From Candidatus Spyradenecus sp. (GTDB lineage Bacteria; Verrucomicrobiota; Verrucomicrobiia; Opitutales; UBA953), in the NCBI GenBank assembly GCA_045535075.1, contig JAZSKX010000017.1, positions 128,001 to 192,000 on the forward strand: a stretch of DNA of 64,000 nucleotides, given 5' to 3'. The translations under genes and the position numbers were made by a program. The notes beneath the pieces are model-generated. The model was not told the origin of the DNA. It saw only the letters and a list, made by a program, of their open reading frames with translations, and did not search any database. Position 1 is the stretch's first letter. Every line of letters starts with the position of its first letter. Of the stretch, positions 52,037 to 62,302 are shown piece by piece.

Positions 52037-53224
52037 ATGAATTGGAAAAAAATTTTTCTCGCGATAGTGATTCTTTGTCTTGTTCCTGTATGGGTCTATT
52101 TTTGCATGGCAATGGCAGTTGTCGCGAGACTTTTAAATATGCTTCCTTTACTGACGATTCCGATGATATTTCTGATTTTTTTCAGCGGACTTTTTTTGCT
52201 CGCTGCGTGGTTTTTCGGAAAGGCAAAAATGGCAAAATATAGTGCGTTTACGATATTCGGTGCCGGTTTTATCGCCGCTTGCGGCTGTTCGATTGATTAT
52301 TGGATCGATTGGCAAACGCGTTCCCGCTACGACGTTGTTCGGGCAAATATCAATGAATGGGATTATCGTCCGTTTCGGGAAGAAAATAAGTTGATCGTTC
52401 CCGAAAAACCGACTCCGGGACGACTCACGGGAACGCTTCCGAAGTTGAGCGGTGCTTATGCGCTTTACCCCGTTTACGCGGCGGCGGTTCAGGCGATTTA
52501 TCCGCATCCGGAGCATAACGGCTATTATATTTGGGAATTTGTCGATACGACCGGCTCGGATCGGACATTTGAGATGCTGAATCGCGGAGAGGTCGATTTG
52601 ATTTTCGGCGGAGCACCGTCAAAAGCTCAACTCGAAGAAGCCGAAAAAGCGGGAATAAAATATGAAATGACGCCGTTCGGGCGTGAAGCATTTGTGTTTT
52701 TTGTAAATAAGGAAAACCCGATTGACAATTTAACATCCGAGCAGATTCGCGGAATTTATTCCGGAAAAATTAAAAATTGGCGGGAGCTCAGATCTCCGGT
52801 TTCGGAAGAAATCATTGCTTTTCAGCGCAACGAAGGAAGCGGGAGCCAGACGATGCTTGAAAAAATCATGGCGGGAACGCCGATTGCGCCGCCGCCGAAA
52901 GAACGCGTATCCGACGGTATGGGTACAATCCTTACGCAAACGGCGGAATACCGGAATAAAAACAGCGCGATCGGATTTTCTTTCCGTTTTTACACTTTGG
53001 AAATGATGCGCAACGATAAGTTAAAGCTGATTTCAATCGACGGGATTGCGCCGACGAAGGAAAATATCGAAAACGGAACTTATCCGTTTATCGCCGATTT
53101 TTACATGATTTCAGCGCAACCCCGTTCCGAAAATACCCGGAAAGTTGTCGAATTTATGTTTTCGCCTGCAGGAAAAGAGATTATTGAAAAAACAGGTTAC
53201 GTCGCTCTTCCCGTGCCGCTTTAA
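52037..53224 (+). CDS. PstS-like phosphate-binding protein with N-terminal TM helices
   Basis: GREAFVFFVN, LTSEQIRGIYSG, QRNEGSGSQ, IENGTYP. Confidence 0.82.
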   Translation: MNWKKIFLAIVILCLVPVWVYFCMAMAVVARLLNMLPLLTIPMIFLIFFSGLFLLAAWFFGKAKMAKYSAFTIFGAGFIAACGCSIDYWIDWQTRSRYDVVRANINEWDYRPFREENKLIVPEKPTPGRLTGTLPKLSGAYALYPVYAAAVQAIYPHPEHNGYYIWEFVDTTGSDRTFEMLNRGEVDLIFGGAPSKAQLEEAEKAGIKYEMTPFGREAFVFFVNKENPIDNLTSEQIRGIYSGKIKNWRELRSPVSEEIIAFQRNEGSGSQTMLEKIMAGTPIAPPPKERVSDGMGTILTQTAEYRNKNSAIGFSFRFYTLEMMRNDKLKLISIDGIAPTKENIENGTYPFIADFYMISAQPRSENTRKVVEFMFSPAGKEIIEKTGYVALPVPL

Positions 53225-53254
53225 TCTTACAAATTTTTTAACAAAGGATTTTCT

Positions 53255-54418
53255 ATGATTTACGATTTCACTTATTTCAATCCCACGAAAATTTATTTCG
53301 GAAAAAACGCCCTCGCCAATTTGGACGGCGAACTGAAAAACTACGGCAAAAATATCCTCCTGCTTTACGGGAAAAACGCCATTAAGCAAATCGGGCTTTA
53401 CGACGAGATTCTCGCAACGTTGAACGCCTGCGGAAAAAACATCGTCGAGCTCGCTGGAATCAACGCAAACCCGCGCTACTCTCAAGTGCTGGAGGGCGCG
53501 CGCCTCGTTCGCGAAAACAAAATCGACCTGATTCTCGCCGTCGGCGGCGGGAGCGTCGTCGATTGCGCCAAAGCGATCTCCGTTTCCGCCTACGCCGAAG
53601 GCGATCCGTGGCAACGCTACTGGATTGATTTTGAGCCCGTAAACAATCCGATCGTTCCCGTCGGCACTGTTCTGACGATGGCGGGAACGGCATCCGAAAT
53701 GAACGGCGGCTCCGTTATCACGCACGAAGAAAAAATCATCAAAGCCGGGCGCGTGTTCCCGCCGGAAGTCAATCCGAAGTTCTCCGTTCTGAATCCGGAA
53801 TTTACTTATTCCGTGCCGAAACTTCAAATGGTGAGCGGGATTTTTGACATTTTTTCGCACCTGCTCGAACAGTATTTTTCGGGAACGGACGACAACACCA
53901 CCGATTACCTCATCGAAGGCGTGCTTGAATCGCTGATAAACAGTGCCCGTGTCGCCATCAAAAATCCAACGGATTACGAAGCCCGAAGCAATATCATGTG
54001 GTGCGCGACGCTCGCGCTCAACACCGTTACCGGGCTTTCAAAAACTCAGGACTGGGAAGTTCACATGATTGAACACCAGCTCGGTGCTTACACCGATTGT
54101 CCGCACGGCTTGGGCTTGGCGGTTATTTCCGTGCCGTATTATAAATTTATTTACAAATACGGACTTCCGAAATTTGTGCGCTTCGCCGAAAAGATTTGGA
54201 AAATCGAGTCCGACGGCAAGACGGACGAAGAAATCGCTCTCGCGGGAATTGACGCGCTCGCGGCGTTTATTCGCGAACTCGGGATCCCGTCTTCCCTGCG
54301 GGAACTCGGCGCAACCGAAGCCATGCTCCCGGAAATCGCCCGCACTACCGTCAAAGGCGGCGGCTACAAAAAACTTTCCGAATCCGACATCCTCGCCATC
54401 CTCCGCGCCTGCTACTAA
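53255..54418 (+). CDS. Iron-containing alcohol dehydrogenase (butanol dehydrogenase-like)
   Basis: NPTKIYFG, AVGGGSVVD, HMIEH, HGLGLA. Confidence 0.92.
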   Translation: MIYDFTYFNPTKIYFGKNALANLDGELKNYGKNILLLYGKNAIKQIGLYDEILATLNACGKNIVELAGINANPRYSQVLEGARLVRENKIDLILAVGGGSVVDCAKAISVSAYAEGDPWQRYWIDFEPVNNPIVPVGTVLTMAGTASEMNGGSVITHEEKIIKAGRVFPPEVNPKFSVLNPEFTYSVPKLQMVSGIFDIFSHLLEQYFSGTDDNTTDYLIEGVLESLINSARVAIKNPTDYEARSNIMWCATLALNTVTGLSKTQDWEVHMIEHQLGAYTDCPHGLGLAVISVPYYKFIYKYGLPKFVRFAEKIWKIESDGKTDEEIALAGIDALAAFIRELGIPSSLRELGATEAMLPEIARTTVKGGGYKKLSESDILAILRACY

Positions 54419-54519
54419 GCGCGGGAACGCGGTCCGAAGGAGAACAGGAGTCCCGCCTGTTTTGTGCGAACTAAAACCCCGCAAACTACTCTAGAAAAGT
54501 TCGGGAACAACCCGAATTC

Positions 54520-55584
54520 CTATTTTTCAAAATGCCGACGACAGGCTTTTGCCTGCCGCACGTAATCATCCGCATACGCATCTGACTCTCCGTTGCCGAC
54601 AAAAGCCAATTCCTCAAAAATCTTTCGCTTGAAATTTTCAACAGCACATTGAATTCGTGCTACGTCACGATACGTTTGCGTTCCCGCCGCAATCGCGTCG
54701 GATACTTCACGAAAAAGTTTTCGCGACGGGACAAAGCGTCCGCAAATCGAAATTTCGTCCGTTGCCTGTTTTCCGGGATTCCATTCCAATTTCGGATAGC
54801 AAAGACCCGTTCGAAGATCTTTCTTCGTCTTTTTAATTTTCCGTTCGTGAGCAAGTTCCTCGCAATTTTCCTGCGTCAGCCCGCACAGGATAAACGCTCC
54901 TTTTTGCCGCCGGACACGCGGATTCGACATCCGGGGAGAAACTATCCAGTTGTGCCCCCACTCTTCGCGGATTTTCCTTTTCATGAACTCCACGTCTTCT
55001 CCGAAGTTATACCGTTCCTGCCGAACTTCGTGTCTTAAATGCCAAATATTGAAAGTTTCGTTCATACGGGCAACATTTGCAAGCGCCGAGACCAAATCGC
55101 TGTCGACAAACTTTTCGCGACTTGCGGGAACGCGAAAAACGACAATATTGGGACAAAAGAAAATCGAATTTCGCGGATCGCACGCATTTTTTACAACCTC
55201 GTTTGCTGACCATCCGTCCACCGCCATGAACCACGCCGTCGCCAAATCTGACGTTACATCGAGAATCCTTGTTGGGAACTCGTAGTGCTGCATTTGGCAA
55301 AGTTTGTCAAATGTCGTCGGGCAATTTTCAAAAAGCACGGGAACACGGTTCAAGACATCTTGAAAAATTTGCTTTTCCCGCTTGAAGAGCTTTTCCGAGC
55401 GAAAAATATTCGGAAGCGAATCCGGGAAAAATCCGCACTCCCCGCGAAAAAAGTAGCGCGCGTTCCCGTCGGCATCGGACGAAAACTCCCGGATTCCCGC
55501 ATCCAAGAGTTCCCCAAGCGAATCAAACGTCAATGCGCTCGCCGCACACGGCGGACGCCCCGCCAACCCAAATTCCGGAAACAT
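54520..55584 (-). CDS. FRG domain protein
   Basis: YFFRGE, MQHYEFPTRILDVT, NPRVRRQKGAF. Confidence 0.88.
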   Translation of the reverse strand: MFPEFGLAGRPPCAASALTFDSLGELLDAGIREFSSDADGNARYFFRGECGFFPDSLPNIFRSEKLFKREKQIFQDVLNRVPVLFENCPTTFDKLCQMQHYEFPTRILDVTSDLATAWFMAVDGWSANEVVKNACDPRNSIFFCPNIVVFRVPASREKFVDSDLVSALANVARMNETFNIWHLRHEVRQERYNFGEDVEFMKRKIREEWGHNWIVSPRMSNPRVRRQKGAFILCGLTQENCEELAHERKIKKTKKDLRTGLCYPKLEWNPGKQATDEISICGRFVPSRKLFREVSDAIAAGTQTYRDVARIQCAVENFKRKIFEELAFVGNGESDAYADDYVRQAKACRRHFEK

Positions 55585-55609
55585 ACTCCCCTAATTTCTC
55601 TGCTTTTCG

Positions 55610-55978
55610 TTAAAACTGAACTTTAAACCCGACAACCGTAAAGTCTTTTCCAGATTTCTTTTCTAACTCGGGCTTATTCAGCTCCAGCTCTAACACCGCG
55701 CTAGAACAACGTTTATTTAGTAATTCCCAAGCAGAGCTACGCGGTTTTATTTTCAGTGTTAAGAACCCTTCTCGGTCCAACTTTGCAAAGATAAAGATCT
55801 CCGGATTTGCTACATTGAATGTAGGGTGAGCCCCTTCTTCCACTAAAATTCCAAATTCACACTCTAATCCGATTGTTACAGATTTCGGATAAATCCGAGT
55901 CGGTCTTACGATAAGTCTTTTACCTATCGAAGAATTTTCTCCTCCAATAATTTCGCATTCAAGTAGATAATTAGGCAT
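55610..55978 (-). CDS. Hypothetical protein
   Basis: ATG-started ORF in a co-oriented run; no motif. Confidence 0.6.
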   Translation of the reverse strand: MPNYLLECEIIGGENSSIGKRLIVRPTRIYPKSVTIGLECEFGILVEEGAHPTFNVANPEIFIFAKLDREGFLTLKIKPRSSAWELLNKRCSSAVLELELNKPELEKKSGKDFTVVGFKVQF

Positions 55979-56126
55979 GGCTTTACTTAAGTATTCGGTT
56001 GCTTACCGCCGCAGACGAACAGAACGCAGAATGTTTAGAAATTTCATTTTTGCGGCACAGTAGAATTTAGTCTTAATAGAAATAGAAAACTCTATTGCCT
56101 CCGATATTTCTGCGGAAGGTCTGTGT

Positions 56127-56636
56127 CTAATTTTTAGGATTTATTCCACTCGGATATTTTTCTGAATCGCCGTACAAATTCTGCCCCTTATCGCTGTCGA
56201 ACATGCAATAGCACAAAAGAGACATGATATTTACCCAAGGAAGAAAAAACGTCGCAATTGAAGAAGGTGTATCTACGCCTAAGTCATGCCCCCTACGTAC
56301 CCAAAGCGACAAGAACGGTGGCACGGTGAGTAATAGCCATATGAAATAGATAAAGACTCCAACGAGATTTATTGAGACACAGGTTCCTCCGAGTCCCAAA
56401 GCGTATAAACCTCCTAATTCTTCTGGAGATAACCTCCTTGTATTCACTATCCCTAAAACAAAGTTCCCTAAAAAAGCGGAAGTAAGCACCCACAGTACCA
56501 ATAGCGGAATCACATAATTGAACTCCCCGCGTGTTGCCCTTCCGGAGAATTTTAAATACCCTTTCAGAAAGCACGAAATTGCTTTCTGAAAGGTAACGTT
56601 TTTCTTCTGAATATTGTGTTTGATTTGGGTATTCAT
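56127..56636 (-). CDS. DUF805 (YhaH-like) membrane protein
   Basis: FSGRATRGEF, VRRGHDLG, NLYG. Confidence 0.85.
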   Translation of the reverse strand: MNTQIKHNIQKKNVTFQKAISCFLKGYLKFSGRATRGEFNYVIPLLVLWVLTSAFLGNFVLGIVNTRRLSPEELGGLYALGLGGTCVSINLVGVFIYFIWLLLTVPPFLSLWVRRGHDLGVDTPSSIATFFLPWVNIMSLLCYCMFDSDKGQNLYGDSEKYPSGINPKN

Positions 56637-56640
56637 GTAA

Positions 56641-57042
56641 TTAACGAACTCTTCCAACGAGGATTATTTGCCCGAGCTTTCCATGGAAATTGTAAACGGA
56701 CTTCCACTTGATTTCTTCTCCGGGGCGAGTCGTCGACGTTGACCGCAGGCGAAATTCATGTCCTGCGTTGTCGTCAGGGCTTATAACAGCCACGACCTCA
56801 AGCCATGTTGAATCTCCCGTGTTTTTGATGACGAAATCATCCTTTCCGAAAGTGCTTTCATAAATTGTAGCCTCGTAGTCTGATGGGGAAATAATTTCCC
56901 AGTCGTCTTCGTCATCAAACGAGTAAACGTTAGAATGTGCGTTTTTCTCGAATGCTATTGGCAAATTACTTTCTTTGGCGAAAGCCAAAGAGGCGACTCC
57001 GGAAAGTACCAAGAGCAGTAGTATGTTTTTTGAGTTTTTCAT
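56641..57042 (-). CDS. Exported hypothetical protein
   Basis: Signal peptide ending AFA. Confidence 0.7.
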   Translation of the reverse strand: MKNSKNILLLLVLSGVASLAFAKESNLPIAFEKNAHSNVYSFDDEDDWEIISPSDYEATIYESTFGKDDFVIKNTGDSTWLEVVAVISPDDNAGHEFRLRSTSTTRPGEEIKWKSVYNFHGKLGQIILVGRVR

Positions 57043-57060
57043 TTTGGTTGGTTTTGAGGG

Positions 57061-57684
57061 TTAATGTGAAAAGGCGATGAGGATTTTAAGCCCAACTAAA
57101 ATGGCAGTAACAATCAGTCCGACTATTGTCCAAATTGCTCCGGACGAAACTTCCGGCGTAACAACTTCTTCCTCGGAGGATTCGGCATCTCGGAGCAATT
57201 CTTTTGCTTCATCGCTACCCTCCGCGGCAGCTTTTTTCAGCCAGTAAATGTACTTGGTTTCATCTGCTTCCCCTATAATTCCGTTATGGTAAAAGTCTGC
57301 CGTGCGTAGCATACAGAGAACATTTCCGTTTTCTGCGCCAGTCTCGTATATCGACAAGGCACATCCTGCCATTTCTCGAAAGGAAGAACAGGCTTCTTCT
57401 TTACTTTTTCCGTTAGGGCTAGCCTCCCACTCTTTGTATTGGTTAATAGCAAAGATTTCCAAAATTTTTCCAAGTAAATCTGCTTTTTTAAAATTTTTAC
57501 GTTTATGTAATTCTTTTAGTGCAGAAAGAAGTGCTTGAGAATCACTTTCCTGTATTTCACCCGCCTGTCTTGCTTCACAAATTCTATCAACTTCAGTCTC
57601 AATATCTTCGTCAGAAATCGGAGATCCGCAACACGAGCATTTTTCAAAAGAGGTTGAGTCTCCTCCGCAATAAGAACATTTCAT
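57061..57684 (-). CDS. Zinc-ribbon / Sel1-like repeat / C-terminal TM protein
   Basis: CSYCG...CSCCG, YWLKKAAAEG, terminal hydrophobic helix. Confidence 0.75.
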   Translation of the reverse strand: MKCSYCGGDSTSFEKCSCCGSPISDEDIETEVDRICEARQAGEIQESDSQALLSALKELHKRKNFKKADLLGKILEIFAINQYKEWEASPNGKSKEEACSSFREMAGCALSIYETGAENGNVLCMLRTADFYHNGIIGEADETKYIYWLKKAAAEGSDEAKELLRDAESSEEEVVTPEVSSGAIWTIVGLIVTAILVGLKILIAFSH

Positions 57685-57689
57685 AAGTT

Positions 57690-58292
57690 TTATCCGTTAA
57701 TTGTGTTAATCATTGAAAATAGCTCCCGCATTGCCGTTACACCCTTTCGGCTTGGCGACAAAATGTTCAAACACGGACTCTTATCGAAACGAATCCACCC
57801 ACGGAGTTTCCCGTCAATGTAAAATTCGTCACCGAAATAAGAACCGTCATAAGAGGAAGCTTCTTCGCCGATGAAGAAATAATGATTTTTTATCGATACG
57901 CTTCCCGAAAGTTGTTCCCCCGATCCCAAAAACGTTCCTCCGAATCCTTTTTTTTGCGCGACATAGTGCACGCGAGTTTTTGTAATAAGGATTCCCGTGT
58001 ATCCCGAAAAAAAGGGCGATTCGGCGTTAACCAATACGAGCGCTTCTTCGTCTTTTGATAATTCTTCGTAGCGGGAAAGAGCATCTTGAGGGATGTTTTT
58101 TCCGACAAAGATGTTTTTTATCACTCCTTGGGTCGAAAAGTACTCCTGTATTTTGGACACAAGCAATTCATTTGCCCTACTTACAGAGGTCACATTTTCG
58201 GGAATAACTTGTCTTTCTATTTTGCCGCCGCACACGGGGCAAAACTTTGCATTTATATCGGTGATTTCACTTTTGCAAAATTCGCATTTCAT
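57690..58292 (-). CDS. Zinc-ribbon domain protein
   Basis: MKCEFC...KFCPVCG. Confidence 0.75.
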   Translation of the reverse strand: MKCEFCKSEITDINAKFCPVCGGKIERQVIPENVTSVSRANELLVSKIQEYFSTQGVIKNIFVGKNIPQDALSRYEELSKDEEALVLVNAESPFFSGYTGILITKTRVHYVAQKKGFGGTFLGSGEQLSGSVSIKNHYFFIGEEASSYDGSYFGDEFYIDGKLRGWIRFDKSPCLNILSPSRKGVTAMRELFSMINTING

Positions 58293-58385
58293 ATTTGTAT
58301 CCTTTCTAAATCTACGGAATTCGCTATGCAGACTCGGCAATAGTGCCGATGAAGATTAATATAACGGCGGCATAGAGAATCACAT

Positions 58386-58760
58386 TCAACACACGCAGAA
58401 ACGAACGCCAAATCCCGGACCTTCATGCGCGGCGCCAAGCAGAAAAATGACACCAAGCCCGGGAAGAACTCCACAACAGAAGCCGATAATGCACCACACG
58501 ACTCCGCCAATCCATGAAAAGACGGACAATCCTTCCTTTGAATCGGTTTTAGCAAATTCAGCGAGTTCAGCCTCAACACGTTCGTTGATTTTTGCTTCCA
58601 ATTCTTCTTCGGATATTTGGTGCCCATCGCACTCCTCAATATTTTCGTTTGCCTCATCCCCTTCGTACTCTTCAACCGTTGGACGAGGAATTGGAGAATC
58701 ACAATAAGGACAGCGTTCCTCATTTTCAGAAACGGTTGCTCCACAACTTTTACAATTCAT
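58386..58760 (-). CDS. Zinc-ribbon membrane protein, probably frameshifted near the 3' end
   Basis: CKSCG...CPYC, TM; a further TM helix lies in another frame ending at 58324. Confidence 0.7.
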   Translation of the reverse strand: MNCKSCGATVSENEERCPYCDSPIPRPTVEEYEGDEANENIEECDGHQISEEELEAKINERVEAELAEFAKTDSKEGLSVFSWIGGVVWCIIGFCCGVLPGLGVIFLLGAAHEGPGFGVRFCVC

Positions 58761-58780
58761 ATTATTTGGGAGAATAGAGA

Positions 58781-59488
58781 TTAGCGGTTTTGTTTAATGA
58801 AGCGTTCCCGTCGCTCGGCAATCGAACGAATCTCGGTTATTGCCAAAAGTATTTCAGCCATATCGGGAAGAGTGTCCGAAGTCATCTTCGCCTTCAGTGC
58901 CGAAATCCGTCCTTCGAGCTCGACATCAATACTTTCACTTGCGGGAATGCTTTCCTGAAAATACTCAAAATCGTCGGCAAGTGCTCCGCCCGCTTTTATG
59001 ATTTCCGGCGAAAACCCTTTTGCGGAAATCAACTCGTTTAGCGACCGAAAATCCTCGCGCAGGGAAAACACTCTCCGACGCCCCCGCTCATAATCTTTTC
59101 GCGCGCCAACGTTCGCGGCTGTCAGCAATCCGAAAGCAAAAAATGCAACTACGAAAAGTGCGCACGCATGAATTATCACAACGGGAGCACGATTTTCAAA
59201 AATCGTTGCCGAAAACAGCACACAAGTCAGTGCAACTAAAATCCACAATCCGAGCGTCCACGGAAACGCCATCGCATAAGGCGCATTTTTTTGCGATGTT
59301 ATCGCAACACTTCCGCAAATCGTAATGCCGCTCAAGATGACGGAAAAAATCAATGCCCATACAGAAAACGATGTCGCGGACAAATGCTCTACGGCAATGT
59401 AATCTGCAACGAGAAAATTCCAAATTCCCCAAATAATTCCTGCTAAAAAGACAGCAAGGGCGGAAATTGTGCAGTAAAACATCTTCAT
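58781..59488 (-). CDS. Hypothetical membrane protein (4 TM plus helical C-terminal domain)
   Basis: Hydropathy by eye. Confidence 0.7.
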   Translation of the reverse strand: MKMFYCTISALAVFLAGIIWGIWNFLVADYIAVEHLSATSFSVWALIFSVILSGITICGSVAITSQKNAPYAMAFPWTLGLWILVALTCVLFSATIFENRAPVVIIHACALFVVAFFAFGLLTAANVGARKDYERGRRRVFSLREDFRSLNELISAKGFSPEIIKAGGALADDFEYFQESIPASESIDVELEGRISALKAKMTSDTLPDMAEILLAITEIRSIAERRERFIKQNR

Positions 59489-59724
59489 TTTGAAAATATC
59501 CTTTCTATTTACTGAATTTTTTCGCCACATTCGGAACAAAACTTGGAGTCCGTTGATTTATCTAAAAAGGGTTGAGAAATGAGGAATAGCGTGGATTAGG
59601 CTTGAATAGCTTTTATTTGTGCGGGTTTGGAGAGTGCGGGGCAGGGAAGGGGAGTTTGAGAAATTTTCGTCCGTTTCTGTTAAATGTCGCAGAGGTTTGA
59701 GAAATTTCGGGTAAACTTTGCAGG

Positions 59725-59934
59725 ATGAAAAACTCCAATAAAGCTGGGAATGAAATGTACTTCCCGATGACGGCTTCGCTTTGGCGAAGGTTGGTTAAAG
59801 ACGCAGGTCACGACGCGAAAAAACTCTGTATCGTGGCCTGTGCTTTATGCACAGAGCTCGAATATCGCGAAGCCATTTGTCGCGCTCGCAGGTGTTCCGT
59901 CCCGTACTTAATTGACGTCCGGATTCTCGGATAA
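59725..59934 (+). CDS. Small hypothetical protein
   Basis: 69-aa ATG ORF followed by a hairpin at ~59940-59970. Confidence 0.4.
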   Translation: MKNSNKAGNEMYFPMTASLWRRLVKDAGHDAKKLCIVACALCTELEYREAICRARRCSVPYLIDVRILG

Positions 59935-59973
59935 AAAAACGCCCGCCGGAGATGTTTTCTCGGTGGGCGCCCT

Positions 59974-60573
59974 TCAGTTGTTTCGGCTTGGGTGGCGTGT
60001 TTCCCATTTTCGTTTTGTATCGTATTTTTGTGCATCTTTTGGCGCGCAATATCGCCGGTTCCGACACGTGAAAACGAGGCACCACAACTGCTTAATGCTG
60101 GCGTTTTTGATTTCGCATCGGAATTGATCGAGGCAAATGTGTTCAGGATATTCGGGGAAGCTTAATCCTCGTTCGCGGCATGATTTTTCTAAGATGGCCA
60201 TGACGGTTGCATATTCTGCCGCCTGTGCTTTCATGAAGATTTCGCACCCTCGTTCCGGATTGTATATGCCAACGAAGTGTGCAAGCACGAACGGATAATC
60301 CTTTTGAGTTAGTTTTTTGAACGAATTTGGCGGCATTTCCCCGTGCTTGCAACGCCCTCGCATTACGTTTGCAATCTCTCTGCGCCGCCAATATTCCGCC
60401 AGTTTTGTCTTTGTGATCATGTGAGGTCCGGCAAACGGGTCGTCTTCGTCGTGCGGAGTCTGATCCCACAAAAAATCCCGCAGAGAATTAAGCTCGTCTG
60501 CGGGAACGGAGGCAAAGGCTTTGCTTGCCTCTGCCCCCAAGGTTTGGAGTTGTTTCGGAGAAAGACAGCTCAT
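59974..60573 (-). CDS. Hypothetical phage early protein
   Basis: ATGA overlap with the gam-like gene. Confidence 0.7.
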   Translation of the reverse strand: MSCLSPKQLQTLGAEASKAFASVPADELNSLRDFLWDQTPHDEDDPFAGPHMITKTKLAEYWRRREIANVMRGRCKHGEMPPNSFKKLTQKDYPFVLAHFVGIYNPERGCEIFMKAQAAEYATVMAILEKSCRERGLSFPEYPEHICLDQFRCEIKNASIKQLWCLVFTCRNRRYCAPKDAQKYDTKRKWETRHPSRNN

Positions 60574-61097
60574 CGCGAAGCCTCGTCTTTGGGAGTTTCT
60601 TCGAGTTTGGGTTCGATGTAGAACTTTTCGTTTTGGCGAATCTCAAGCCCTACTTCGCGTAGCCATTCCGGCGAGATTTCTTTACGTCGAAACGCGGACA
60701 GAATTGCCTCCTTTGAAACGGATTCTTTCGTTGCGACAAAGCGCACTTCCCCGCGAGATTGAATTACTTTCAGGGAGCGTCCGAGCGTCCATCCGCCGAT
60801 GGTTGCTACGGTCGGTGTTCCTGTTCGGTGACCGATTACTCCGCATGGAAAATCGACGGATTTTTTGTCTGCCGGAAATTCGTCCGGATTGTCCATTGCC
60901 CAACCTTCGATGAGTTTGGCGTGCGTTTTGGCCTTTTGCTTCAGGATCTCAATCCGAGACTCGAACTTTTCTTTGATTGCGATGAGTTCTTTATTCATCT
61001 CGGCGTCGAGCGCGTTGATTTGGTTTTGAGTTTCTGCATACTTACGCACCTCTTCGGCGCATTGGTTGCGTGTGATTTTTACATGTGTTGTAGCCAT
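60570..61097 (-). CDS. Mu Gam-like host-nuclease inhibitor
   Basis: Coiled coil, KKSVDFPCGVIGHR, GLEIRQNEKFYIEP. Confidence 0.88.
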   Translation of the reverse strand: MATTHVKITRNQCAEEVRKYAETQNQINALDAEMNKELIAIKEKFESRIEILKQKAKTHAKLIEGWAMDNPDEFPADKKSVDFPCGVIGHRTGTPTVATIGGWTLGRSLKVIQSRGEVRFVATKESVSKEAILSAFRRKEISPEWLREVGLEIRQNEKFYIEPKLEETPKDEASR

Positions 61098-61101
61098 GAT
61101 T

Positions 61102-61263
61102 TTAGTTGTTTAAGAAGAAATGTTCGATAATCCAAAGCACTCCGAGAAACGGTAGTGCGAGCAAGACGGGAATCAGAACGGTGAGGAGGGCCAAGAGCAG
61201 GCACGAGGTTGCCGGGACACGTACAGTCACGTTCGTTCTTTTCGGCTTAATTTCAGATATCAT
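61102..61263 (-). CDS. Small membrane protein (53 aa)
   Basis: ATG overlaps the ATPase stop; one hydrophobic segment. Confidence 0.55.
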   Translation of the reverse strand: MISEIKPKRTNVTVRVPATSCLLLALLTVLIPVLLALPFLGVLWIIEHFFLNN

Positions 61264-62273
61264 TGCTTCAGCCTTTCGCGTTCGGACTTTGCGAGGAGCA
61301 CATGATCCCACGTCATTGCTACACCTTTTTTGGTCGCAATTCCTGCCGCCATACGCAAAACGGTCAACCATACTCCGAGGCGGTCTTTATCGATGACTTC
61401 CTTTTGGGCTGCTTTTGCTTCTCCCTCTGCCGGAGGCAGACCGTACGCCGCCGCGAATCGTGCCAAGTCTGCCTCTGTCGGTACTTTGGGCGCGGTGTAT
61501 GCGTAAAGCTCTCGGCGCATTGTCTGCGACATTACTCCGGCAAATTCGCGATCCCGTAGTAGCTCCCGTCGAAAGATCTCCGTTGCCACGAGCGTTACGC
61601 CACATTGCGTTGTGTCGTAAATTTCCCGGATAAACTCGAAAATCTTTGCGTGAGTCACGTTGATTCGCGTTTCGGTCATGATTGCTTGGTGTGCTTCATC
61701 CACGATGAGGACGTCGTTCCGGCGCAACTTCTCCAAAATGAACTCACGGCGGTCAAAGTGGCTCATTGTGCGCGGCGCTCCGAGCTGTCGGCTTAGCCGA
61801 TGTACAAAGCTCCGGAGCGTTGGCGAACTTGGCATGCGCACAAGCACCGTTGTCTCCTTGTTTTCCCGTGCATACGCTTCGAGCGCTGTAGTTTTTCCGA
61901 TTTGACTTTCGCCGAAGACAAACGTGATTCGGTTGTATCGTCGCGCACGTTCCACGGCGGACCAAATCTTTTTGGAAAGCGCAGTTTCCACATAAGCGAG
62001 CGGTTCAGTGCCTTCGCGTTCTCGAGAGATTTCAAGAAAGCGCTTGGCACGGGCGCAGAATTTATCCTTGCCGGCGTTGTGCGTTCCGGAGAAAACCTTA
62101 TGCACGGTTGTTGCGTCCATGCCGATCCCCTCGGCAACTTCGTCGAGTGAGAGGTGTTTTTCCTGTGCAAAATCGTAAAGCGCAAGAATCGTTTCCCGAT
62201 GCGGGACGGGTAGGTCTCGTACGGCGTCCGTGACCTTCCCGCGTTCAATTTTGATGATGTTGGTTTCGTCCAT
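61260..62273 (-). CDS. MuB-like AAA+ transposition ATPase
   Basis: N-terminal HTH, GESQIGKT, LIVDEAH. Confidence 0.88.
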   Translation of the reverse strand: MDETNIIKIERGKVTDAVRDLPVPHRETILALYDFAQEKHLSLDEVAEGIGMDATTVHKVFSGTHNAGKDKFCARAKRFLEISREREGTEPLAYVETALSKKIWSAVERARRYNRITFVFGESQIGKTTALEAYARENKETTVLVRMPSSPTLRSFVHRLSRQLGAPRTMSHFDRREFILEKLRRNDVLIVDEAHQAIMTETRINVTHAKIFEFIREIYDTTQCGVTLVATEIFRRELLRDREFAGVMSQTMRRELYAYTAPKVPTEADLARFAAAYGLPPAEGEAKAAQKEVIDKDRLGVWLTVLRMAAGIATKKGVAMTWDHVLLAKSERERLKQ

Positions 62274-62302
62274 AATGTTTGTTTTTGTAGGTTTAGAAAT
62301 GA

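Noticed and set aside
54445..54463. AACAGGAGTCCCGCCTGTT as a REP family with 15391-15410
   Set aside because: Only two loosely similar copies and no RAYT gene; adequately explained as terminator hairpins
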